A DNA stretch of 64,000 bases, taken from NCBI GenBank assembly GCA_030704615.1, contig CM060733.1, positions 37,572,001-37,636,000 of the forward strand, in the 5' to 3' direction. The DNA comes from Takakia lepidozioides. Taxonomy: Eukaryota; Plantae; Bryophyta. Position 1 is the first letter of the stretch. Each line of letters opens with the position of its first letter. Shown here in pieces: positions 1 through 10,517 of this stretch. The notes beneath the pieces were generated by a model, which saw only the letters and a list, made by a program, of their open reading frames with translations, ran no database searches and was not told the DNA's origin. Both the position numbers and the translations under genes were made by a program.

Positions 1-1470
1 TGCTTTCCTGGAAAAATCATCAATGAAGGTCAAGAAATATTTTGCACCTTCATGAGATTTAGACGACATATGACCATATAGATCAGTATGCACCAGCTCA
101 AGAACCTTATTTGTTCGAGAACCTCCATCTTTTGGAAATGAGTTGTGATGGTGTTTACCATACACACATCCGTCACAAATACTCAAGACTCGATCTCCTA
201 TAAGATCCATTCCTTCAACCAGATTATTAGTTTACATGAATGCCAAACTTTGTATTGAGACATGTCCAAGTCTCGGATGTCTAAGGTCACTTTGCTTGAG
301 AGTGTATGACAATCCACATGTAAAGCTTGGACTGCCCCAACCAAGTTGTTGCATCTTGAACTACCTCAACTCAACCAACAATGACTGGTAGAAACGTCAA
401 CCGTAAGACCTTGCTCAGTTAGCTGACTAACTGACAATAGGTTTTTTGGTCAACCTATGAACATAGATAACATGTTCGATATCTTTTGACACTCCAGATG
501 ATTATTGAAACACAACAATACTTTTTCCATGGATATCAAGACTAATACTATTGTCTCCAAGATACACCTTTTGTCCCACAAATAGTTTTTTGAAGGTTGA
601 GAATGCTTCCATTTGGAATGTCATATGTTGAGATGCTCCTGAAGATGGATGTGGGGCGAGCAGCTGCTGCTCCTGGGGAAGGCCAACTAGACATTCTGTT
701 GCTCTGCTCCCAAATTGGACTTACCACAGCTCCACTTTTCACATTGAGTAGTTTTGAGAACTTGAAGCAACTACCCAGTACCATCGTGTTGTGGGTTTTG
801 GGTGCCTCACAATGTTACAATTTGGAAAGAGACGGTACCCAAGTCCATTGGATTGTTGTCAGAACTTGAAACGCTATGTTTGGCCAGCTCTTCTTTGAGG
901 AAGTTAACGGGATTTCATTGGATAGTTGTCAAAGCTTAAGACCCTCACACTGGACAATTGTTTGTCTTGGGGAAGTACCGGACTCGAGAGGTAGGGAACT
1001 GCTCAAAACAAAAAAAAATCTTATTTAGGAAACGAATCTTCTCGGGAACCACAAAGAGTTAAGCTGCAGAGATGCCTGGTATCCTGGAGCAAAGGGATTT
1101 GCACATGGTCATAAATTGTAATTGATGTTATTCGGTGTCGACATCAAAGAAGTTGATATATGTTGAATGCCTTGTTTGTATCTACATGTACATGTCCACA
1201 ACTGGAGCCAGTTTCAGGCAAAGTCATATTTTTAGATTGAGTTCTGAAGCAAGAAACTGTGCAGGGAGACGAGGCATTGAATGGAAATCTCATAGCAAGT
1301 TTGATCAGTGATAACAATGAGAGTGTGGGTTCTAAGTAGAAGGGATGACTGTGGGGAGCTCATGTACGACAAAGACAGCAGGGTCACCCAAGGTACTGTG
1401 TGTACTGTGTGCTGTCTTTGTCTGTAAATGACACATTGATAACCAGAAGAGGCTAGATACCCTTGCATTA
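1..1470 (-). mobile_element. Degenerate Ty1/copia LTR-retrotransposon remnant (gag? - protease - integrase), running off the window start
   Basis: Minus-strand 1-180 translates ICDGCVYGKHHHNSFPKDGGSRTNKVLELVHTDLYGHMSSKSHEGAKYFLTFIDDFSRKA (copia integrase Zn-finger end plus first catalytic D). ~420-490 gives DIEHVIYVHRLTKNLLSVSQL across a probable frameshift (post-protease motif). The gag assignment (550-1470) is weak and no LTR was found. Confidence 0.8.
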
Positions 1471-2999
1471 TTTAAGCTGGCCAAGAGCCCACGTGGACTT
1501 CTTTGTCTTCAGCCTTCTTCAGCGGATGCTGAGTAGTTCATTTGTCGAGTGAGTTGATTGCACAAGGCTAGTTCACTGGAGCCTCACCTCTACGGTAAAT
1601 GTCTGCCCAATTACAAGTACATGTCTAGGTTCACTTTTGTCTTAACAAGTCCTCCCTTGAAACTTGAAACGGAGGAAGGCAGCTGCTCAGCTCATGCCCG
1701 ACTAATTTTGTCATTGAGTTTCCTTTTATTTTGAAATGAGTCAAGATTGAGGAGGGGTCTGGCTTGTGTACATTTATCTCCAAAGCACGAGACAGGTGCA
1801 AGGCGATGGAAAACTTACAAGTCTGGGACCAGAGATGCCTACAACACCAAGCGTGAGGCTAACCACCCAATGACTTGAGCTCTGACAGCAGCCAAATTTA
1901 ACAGGTCTCAAGAACGCGTACTTGAAGAGCTTGGTGACATGATGATTAACCATGTCAGAGAAAAGATACAAGCTAGAGACAGTGGAAAAATATTAAACAT
2001 CCTATACAGGAATTATAAAATGACTTCGGACCTTGTTTCAAAATCATCAACTAACAAAAAATGAGATAAGTGAAATAGAGCAAAGATATAAAAATAAAGT
2101 GAAGAGATATAAAAAAAACTATCACTCAAAATATATTTATAATGCGTGGGTCTTTAACCGCTCGATAACCAAAAGTTGAGACGGACCGGCGGACGCTGGC
2201 GTTAACCGCAGCGGTCCACGGTTTGGACCGCTATGCGCAGATCTGCGCCCCGCCATGTGGCGGGGGCGCTTTTACCCAGCAAGCAATGCGTCTGCGAATT
2301 CCCTTAAAGGGGGGTATTCTTACCGTTAGCTATTAGATTCAATTTATACCCCTCTAAGGGTTAGGAGCCATTATCTAAGGCGCCAGTAGTAGATAAAATC
2401 TAGGATTTTGGGAGGACGTAGCCTTGGAGGGGAGCGTTCTTAGGACTCCAAGAGGGAGCCAAGCGGGCCTGAGGGCGGTGAGCTAGAGGCGGAGACCTCG
2501 AGAGACAAGGGAGGAGAGAAAGTACTTTGTCCTAAAAACACTAGGACAAATAGGCATAGGCATGATTGTCACTTTTTGCCACAAATCACTTGCATCATCC
2601 TTACGTTAAACTCCTTGTTTATGTGACATGCTTGGACTTTGTCATCTCACACATCAAAGAAAAAACCAGAATATTTCGAAAAAAATCCTAACCTAAAAAT
2701 CCTAACCTAAATTTACTAACAAGTGTTCAAACCAGCCCAATGGTAATATATTTTATTACCATTATCAAATGTTTGTCTACGTGGTGTTTTGGTTTTCTAG
2801 ACAAGTCTGATAGCAGGACTTTAGCCTCTGACCTAAAATGAGTCAAAGTGCAAAAGGTTAAAAAGTCAAAAAGTTCCTAATAAGGTTGCCCATTAGGTTT
2901 AAAAAAGTTAAAAAGTTGTTAATAAGGTTGCCCACTAGGGTAATCGTGAACACAGAGGAGGGCTGGGACTTGGCGTTTTTTTTTTGTTCTCTGCGCCAC

Positions 3000-3085
3000 A
3001 CCATGTAGCCGAGGGATGGAACGCGATGATCGCAGGATATGCAGGGGCGTGGGATGGAGGCGTTGAGCAAATGATGCAGGAAGGA
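3000..3085 (+). pseudogene. Collapsed single PPR P-motif fragment
   Basis: WNAMIAGYA...EQMMQEG; the DNA matches the neighbouring PPR array apart from short internal deletions. Confidence 0.65.
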
Positions 3086-3372
3086 GGAGAGGAGGAGGAG
3101 ATGAGACGAGGAGAAGCTCGCAACATTCTTGCGAGCTTGCCGTTCTTGGGAGAGTTAGCTTGGTCATAGCAGGCCGTGTTTCAATCTCTGCCTACTCAGC
3201 TACACCGTGGTGGTTCGATCTCACAGACCCATCTGACATTACCTGACTACAGACACAAGCAACACACACAAGAGGTCCTTTTGGGTTGATGGTCGGTCAA
3301 GTCATGACACAACCTCGACAATGTGGTGAGGGCATCTTCTTCTTTGACCTATTTCAACCTGTTTTGCCCTCT

Positions 3373-4532
3373 CACATCATGTTTGTGTGCATTGCAATGC
3401 TTGTGCAAGCCTGGCAACCCTTGACAAGGGCAAAGAGGTGCATGGGGATATCATCAAAGCTGGAATTGTACCTAATGTCATTCTAAACAGTGCCCTGGCA
3501 GCTCTGGAAAAGGGGAAGGAGGTCCGTGGTGACATCTTCAGAGCTGGAATCCAAATGTCATTCTGAACAATACCCTAGTGGACATGTATGCAAAATGTGG
3601 GTGCATCAGGGATGCAAAGGGAGTGTTCAACACTATGGCTGAACAAGATGTGGTGTCGTGGAGTGCGATGCTTGCAGGGTATGCACAGCATGGACGTGGG
3701 ATAGAGGCTTTGGAGACCTATGAGCAAATGATGGGGGAAGGGGTCCAGCCCGGCCACATTATGTTTGTATGCATTGCAGGCCTGGCAGCCCTGGAGAAGG
3801 GCAAATAGGTGCATGGGGATATCATCAAAGCTGGAATTGTACCTAATGTCATTCGAAACACTGCCCTGGCAGCTCTGGAAAAGGGGAAGGAGGTCCATGG
3901 TGACACCTTCAGAGCTGGAATTGTACCAAATGTCATTTTGAACAATACCCTAGTGGACATGTAGGCAAAATGTGGGTGCATCGGGGATGCAAAGGGAGTG
4001 TTCAACACTATGGCTGAACGAGATGTGGCGTCGTGGAGTGTGATGCTTGCAGGGTATGCACAGCAGGGACGTGGGATGGAGGCTTTGGAGACCTATGAGG
4101 AAATGATGGGGGAAGGGGTTCAGCCCGGCCACATCATGTTTGTATGCATTGCAGCCCTGGCAGCCCTGGAGAAGGGCACAGAGGTGCATGGGGATATCAT
4201 CAAAGCTGGAATTGTACCTAATGTCATTCGAAACACTGCCCTGGCAGCTCTGGAAAAGGGGAAGGAGGTCCATGGTGACACCTTCGGAGCTGGAATCATT
4301 TTGAACAATACCCTTGTGGACATGTATGCAAAATGTGGGTGCATCGAGGATGCAAAGGGATTGTTCAACACTATGGCTGAACGAGATGTGGTTTCGTGGA
4401 GTGCGATGCTTGCAGGGTATGCACAGCAGGGACGTGGGATGGAGGCTTTGGAGACCTATGAGCAAATGATGGGGGAAGGGGTTCAGCCCGGCCACATCAT
4501 GTTTGTGTGCATTGCAGGCCTGGCAGCCCTGA
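3373..4532 (+). pseudogene. PLS-class PPR pseudogene made of ~3.1 near-identical tandem units (382/375/363 bp)
   Basis: Units start at 3373, 3755, 4130 and 4493 (cacat-atgttt). Motifs LVDMYAKCG..DAKGVFNTMAERD, VVSWSAMLAGYAQQG..EALETYEQM..EGVQPG and LAALEKGKEVHGDI recur. In-frame TAG stops at 3806 and 3962. No E or DYW domain. Confidence 0.9.
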
Positions 4533-4619
4533 TTTAAATCAGGCACCTCAACCATACCACAGCTTCTAAAAGAGGATCAAGAGAGGGAGTCCATAATGCC
4601 TCTTCTTGCTCTTCTGGGC

Positions 4620-5205
4620 ATGTGAAGATGCTTTGTGAGGCAGGCAGACTGAAAGAGGCTCTACAACCTTTAAACCAAGGAGCATTTCAGTCACATTATC
4701 CAAAGTGGATTCACACCAAGTGTTTTTCTCCTCAACCCCCTTGTGAACATGTATGTTAAGTGCAGGAGCATCATGAATGCACACCGAGTGTTCAACGGAA
4801 TGCCTCAACAAACTTTGATCACGTTGAATATAATGTTGGCAGGATTTAACATGGGTGTGGTAGGAATGCTTTGGAGACCTATGAGCAACTGCTGCGCGAA
4901 GGGGTGAAGCCCAACCACATCACATTTGTTTGTAATGCATGTGCAAGCCTGGGAGCTCTGGAAAAGTGCAAAGAGGCCCATGGTGACATCGTCAAATCTG
5001 GAATTGTACCCAATGTCATTATAAACACTGCCCTGGTGGATTGCATGTATGCCAAATGTGGGTGCATCGAGAATGCAAAGGAAGTGTTTGACAGTATGGC
5101 TGAACGAGATGTGGTGTCGTGGAGTGCGATGATTGCAGGATATGCACAGCAAGGGCGCGGATGGAGGCTTTGGAGACCTATGAGCAATGATGTGGGAAGG
5201 GGTGA
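4620..5205 (+). pseudogene. 5' part of a second PLS-PPR gene, frameshifted
   Basis: LCEAGRLKEAL (typical first PPR motif), then LVNMYVKC..NAHRVFNGMP, NALETYEQLLREGVKPNHITFV, MYAKCGCIENAKEVFDSMAERDVVSWSAMIAGYAQQG; several frameshifts. Confidence 0.85.
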
Positions 5206-6010
5206 TTCCCCGTGGAAAAATAGCTCCAAGAAACCTACATGGGTAGATGGTCAACTGGAAGCCGCAGCAGCAACGGCACAATTGATAAAATCAGGCAATG
5301 CTAATCAAGGCACCTTCTTCAACCCATTTCACTTTGTTTTCCCCTCTTATCAGAATCGCCCTAAATTTTCATGTTTTAAGAATTCTACAAGTTAGCTGGT
5401 TGAATGAACCTTTGATAGTTTGGAGTGACTTTGACATGATACTGCCAAAGTGACAATAGGAAAGTATCCAGAAATAGGTAACAGAGAGGAGAAGCTGTGG
5501 AATGAATACTTTTCTGACCCCAGTCAATGTTGGGACAACCGTCTTGGAAGGTAAATGCCTTTGGATTACAGAGTGGTAGATGCAATTGAGAATAGGAACT
5601 GGTGTGATAAGTTGAGTTGGGTGTTTGCTGGAACAAATCTAGGCTGCCATTGTCAGCTGCCAACAACAATGCAAGGATGTATGCATGATCTGTGCAGAGG
5701 CATGGATAGCTGAAGGAGCAAGGATAGAGTGTCATCCAAGAGGGCCAGATTTCAAGCTCCAGATTATTTATGATTCCCTGTGGAGGGTTAGCTACAAGAA
5801 ACCTGCATGGGTAGATAGTACATAGTTTGGAGTGATTTTGACATGATACTGCCAAAGTGACAATAGAAAAGTATCCAGAAACATGTAACAAAGATGAGGA
5901 GAAGCTGTGGAATGAATGCTTTTCTGACCGCAGTCAAGGGTAGGATAACCGAGGGAAAAAGGTGAATGTCTATTAGATTACAGAGAGTAGGAGACGCAAC
6001 TCAGCATAGA
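5203..6010. repeat. Diverged direct duplications
   Basis: ~5416-5597 recurs at ~5823-6010 (tagtttggagtga..gacatgatactgccaaagtgacaatag..gagaagctgtggaatgaat). ~5203-5250 recurs at ~5772-5820 (aagaaacct.catgggtagat). Confidence 0.8.
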
Positions 6011-6145
6011 TACTAAGGCAAACTCTCCTTCCCTGCAAAGGGTGTGTTTTGGTATCTGAGCGAATAAATATAATTTCTAAAAATATAATTTCAATATTCT
6101 GTTATTTAATAATGTTCTCATCTAGGCCACTGTCCATTTTTCCTA

Positions 6146-6172
6146 TAATAATAATAATAATAATAATAATAA
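6146..6172. repeat. (TAA)n microsatellite
   Basis: About 9 TAA units. Confidence 0.9.
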
Positions 6173-6629
6173 ATTAAATCCATTAATATTCAAACTTAAT
6201 ATTGGAAAGCAAATAATTAATTAATTAATGTGTACCACCACACAGGAACGAACACGCGTTGCATAGTGACTTGTCGAAGGTGTGAAATATGACACGTGTC
6301 GCATAGTGGCTTGTTCAAGGTGTGAAATCTGCCGTGAAACATGCCACACTGGCCTTTTTCACACTCTGCCATGTCAGCTATGCCATCGGCCATGTCAGCG
6401 GCCATGTCACCATGCACCCCGTGAAAAAAGCCCACCCATAGAAAAAGCCTCCCATGGAAAAAGCCACCCGTGGACTTTTCCACAGGGCCACCCGAGAGCC
6501 AGGCCATCCACGGGGTGTCCGAAAGCACTAGTCGTTCCTTACACCCATGGCAGGTGTGGACTGCGGCTGATTCCACAGCAAAAAGTGTGGAAAAAGCCGT
6601 GGAAAAAACCGGTTTCTCTTCTAGTGTCA

Positions 6630-7210
6630 GGATGGATTCCATCTCTGTGATGATTCTTAGACCAATTTGTTTTCGGCCAGAATCCCTCAAGAATGTGGAA
6701 GAAAATGATGAAATCCTAGAACCTTACTGTGGCCCGAGGTGTGAGCGACCAAGAATATCCTTGAATCCGTTCAAGGATATTGAGAAAGGGTTCTTTGTGC
6801 TCGTTCGCCCTCATGACCCAAGTACGTGCCCAGTCTAGATGGAGGTGGCAATATCTGACGTGATCCGCGAAAGGGAGGATCCTAATTTTAAGAAGGTGAA
6901 GGTGGAGTGGTGGAGACCGAGAAAAGGTGGTAACCTAACAGACTTGGAAAGGTACAGGGACTGCTGGTCAAAACTTTGGGAGTATAACTCGACAGATCCT
7001 CCTCAATGGATCCACGTGAATAATGTTGTGTGGACAATGCCTCCATGGAAAAATACGACAAGGAATAGCACTAAGAGAATTACTGCCGCCGAAGCAGTGA
7101 AGGCGCGCGCTAATTTGGAGGAGGCTAATCGTCAGTCAGAAAGCGAGTCGTGCGAGCGAGTTCCAGACCAAGGACATATTGTTGAGGTCAACTCCAGTAC
7201 TTCGATTTAA
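6630..7210 (+). pseudogene. Trp-rich C-terminal fragment of an unclassified, probably transposon-encoded protein
   Basis: ORFs 6470-6838 and 6839-7210 are one frame broken by a single TAG (likely TGG>TAG): YCGPR..FVLVRP..PV*M..KVKVEWWRP..YRDCW..W..N..DPPQW. It is preceded by TE-like short repeats (ccatgtcagc, ccgtggaaaa) at 6340-6610. Confidence 0.5.
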
Positions 7211-7564
7211 GAAATAAATTTTTTCTTCTCTATATGGCCCTTCTTATTTGCGTTGGGGGATCATTTTTGCAATATTCTTATGTCGCACTGAACCTCGAAT
7301 GTCCAGTGGACGTTCTCGTCCTTTGTTTCTGGTTTGCTGGATTTTGGCCTGCTGTACGTCCTAGTCAACAAAAAATACCCTGTGGGAGAGTTTCGCCTAC
7401 ATAACATATAGATCACAAGAACAAAATGGGCGGGCACGACCACTGGAGTCTCTGGCTTCCTGTTTTCTCTCATGTTTTTCTTTCCATTTTGTCCCATAAG
7501 CTCTATGAGCTTTCCGCGGACGTTATAAAGCACCATTTCATTTCATTTCATTTCTCTTGTTCTC

Positions 7565-8425
7565 ATGAGGAAACTCTGTTCTGTAGTCTCTTTTCTTCTG
7601 ATTCACCCAGAAGCTGCTGGAATCTTGTTCAGTATACAATTATCTATCACTGAAAAAATATTTTGGGATAGTATCCTCAACTTTTCTTTTTTGGTCATGG
7701 ACTTTCATGGAGCAGGATCTGCCGTTTTTGGTCCACTCAACCCTGCAACTACCCTTTCACAAAAATGGCTTTCGGGCTGCAGCGTCCCCTCGGAGCTGGG
7801 ATCACCCGCAAGACGGCCCTACCTGCTGGCAACTTATGACGCGAGATTGAAATTGGTGGAGGCGTTCCGTTCCTCTCATAAGTACTCCCGCACCATAGAC
7901 AAGCCTCTGCAATCTGACAACCTGGTGCCAATTCCGGATGCAGATAGTTTTTCCTTCTGCTTAGGTCCTCTGGATCTGGCCATTCCCAGCCCACCAGCGG
8001 TGAGCTCTGGTAGCCTCATGATCCCACTCTTTATCTTCTATGAAGGTTGTTCTCCCTCCCATGGATGGGTTCTGTCTGCAGTGAATGCTTACCCTTCTTT
8101 GGTTATGCCTGCATTGAGCCACTCCCGCTCGTGCCCGGTGTCTAGAGTTCTTCATTTCATCTCTTGTTTTTTGGGAGTCCCCCTGCAGTCACTTAGGGAT
8201 TGCAACAAAATCAGGGATATTCAAAACGAGACGAGTAGAGTCGGGGGTGTTCAATCTGATTGTGTTACAATATGGTTTGTTGGTTCTCTGAAAGCTCCAG
8301 CTCCTGCGGGATTCAATTGGATGCCTTTGAGGCTACCTGCTCATCTCGGACTGATGTTCAAAGTCACCAATCTCCAGCCATCAGATCGTGACAACCTCAC
8401 GGGCTTTCAAGCTCTTCCTCCATGA
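7565..8425 (+). CDS. Open ORF directly upstream of the L1 endonuclease (ORF1 position), no recognisable domain
   Basis: 286 codons with no stop (second ATG at 7697). Its TGA overlaps an ATG (ATGA 8422-8425) immediately before the SWNIRG endonuclease start. Confidence 0.5.
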   Translation: MRKLCSVVSFLLIHPEAAGILFSIQLSITEKIFWDSILNFSFLVMDFHGAGSAVFGPLNPATTLSQKWLSGCSVPSELGSPARRPYLLATYDARLKLVEAFRSSHKYSRTIDKPLQSDNLVPIPDADSFSFCLGPLDLAIPSPPAVSSGSLMIPLFIFYEGCSPSHGWVLSAVNAYPSLVMPALSHSRSCPVSRVLHFISCFLGVPLQSLRDCNKIRDIQNETSRVGGVQSDCVTIWFVGSLKAPAPAGFNWMPLRLPAHLGLMFKVTNLQPSDRDNLTGFQALPP

Positions 8426-9789
8426 CCTGGATTCTTGGAATATTAGGGGAATAGGATCAAATGCTTCGGTTCCTAAGAGAGGCAGAATTAGGAATTGGGC
8501 CTCTCAGTTGCTTTCCTTCAATTCTATAGTCTTTTTGCAGGAGCATAAATTAGATGCTAGGAAAATTATCTCGCTAGGGCATTCCATTTGGCCAAGCCCC
8601 ACCTCTTGGTGGAACCCTACTGTTCAGGAAACCAAAGGTGGAACGACAATCCTCATCGCGCCATCTCTGGCCTCCAGCTTTGATAGAGTTGAGATTTGGC
8701 TGCAAGGTCGTGCTCAGTGTGCCTTCTCTTCTTCGTCGTCTCTTTTTCCTTCCACGGCCTTCATCTATATCTACGCTCCTAATTTACCCACGGATCGTAT
8801 TTTATTCTGGAATATGCTGCAAATATTTTGAAGTACCCCCAGGTTACCAAGTGGGTCCTTGCTGGTGACTTTAACATGGTGGATAGTTCTGCTGATAGGC
8901 TAGGCAACTCTGCTCAGAGCCTTTCCCCTTAAGAGCAATCGGCCTGGGACTCTCTCTGCTTTTCGGTTGGTCTATCTGATTCCTTCCTTCCTGATCTTCG
9001 TTCCCTCATATTCACTTGGTCAAATAATAGAGCTCCTTCTGACTTAGCCATGGCCAGACTTGACAAGATATATTATTCCCCTCTCTCGGCAACTTGGGCT
9101 TGCCCTGTCCCTTTGCCCCCTATCCTGCCGGACTTTGATCATGCTATCGATTCAATTGTGTTCAAGCCTCCTGGGATTCATCGGAGAGGTAGGGGCTTCT
9201 TTAAACTGAATCCCGGTGCTTCTCTGATCTCCCACGCTAGTTCAAAATCTTGCTTTAGAATGGAGGACCTCTGGTAATTCCTTTTCTTCCCCCACCATTA
9301 GATTCCTGCACAAATTGGAGGCCACTAGAAAACTTTCCCAATCCCTGTCTAGAGCTCTGCCTTTGGAAAGGGCCAGGAAAGAGAAAGCTCTCCTCAAATG
9401 CATCTCCCATTGCCAATGGCTCATAGAGACGGACAAAGTTGGTCCTATGACCCTTCATTCATATCATTTAGCCAAACACAACTTGTTGGAGCTCCGTTCT
9501 CTCAAGGAAGAGAATATGAGAAGGACGGTGGGGGTTAACTGGTCCTTGCATGGTGAAAAGATGTCAACTTACTTTTTCCAGAAATCAAGGCAACGCCAGG
9601 CTTCTTCACATTTGCTCTCTAAGAAACAAGATGAATGTTCCTCTGTCTAGCCCTAAGTCCATGGCAACTGCGGCACATGAGTATTTCGGTACTGTCTTTG
9701 ATCGGCCTCCTGTCACCGATGGCATTCTAGCGAATAGGCAGTTGGTCCTCCAATCTATCCCCAAGGTTCTTGAGCCACAGCACAATCTA
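8388..9789 (+). pseudogene. L1 ORF2 5' part: AP endonuclease and linker
   Basis: SWNIRG, FLQEHKL, GGTTIL, IYAPN, LAGDFNMV, FTWSN, ARLDKIY, DFDH; frameshifts and stops. Confidence 0.92.
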
Positions 9790-10517
9790 CACTAGAAGAA
9801 AAACGTGGAATAATCACTGGCCCTTTAACCACTACTGTCTTTTTCCACTCTATAACCCACTAGTAACCACTTGCCAGTGGTTAATCCCAATGAAATGCCA
9901 CGGTGGCATCACAGACAGTGGTTGGAAGTGGTTTCAACCACTCAGTAGTCCACGTGTAATAAATTGTTTTTATTTATTATTATTATTTATTATTTATTTG
10001 GTAATACATTTTAATTAATTAATATAATATTCCATGTGGGCGAGTGTAGTGGTACATTGTGAGTGGTTATAGACACCTCAGTGATGGGAAGTGGTTGAAA
10101 CCACTTGCTACTCCACGTGTAATAATTCAAATTTTATTTGTGATTTATGATTTGGAAATATATTTTAATTCATAAATATAATATTCCACATGGACGGGGA
10201 CAGTGCACGTTGATCTTGAGTGGTTAAAGACACTTCATTGATTTGTACCACTTTGACAGTGGTGGAGAGTGGGTGGTGAAAGATACTGCAGTAATTGGAA
10301 CCACTATTCTAGTGGTTTCTCATGAGTGGTTGCCTGCAGACAAGTGATTGGTACCACTTTTTGGGTGATACATGGAAAATATTAAGTGGTTTGTGCAGCT
10401 GTGACAGACTTTGAAAAACAGACAAGTGGCCAGACCATTGTGGCATGATGCTATTGAACAAATGGTTCCAACAATAAACTTTATTCTGAATCTGAAACAT
10501 ATTTGTCACCCTCTGAA

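Noticed and set aside
2155-2175. TGGTTATCGAGC on the minus strand as the copia primer-binding site
   Set aside because: Imperfect match to the tRNA-iMet PBS, and no identifiable adjacent LTR.
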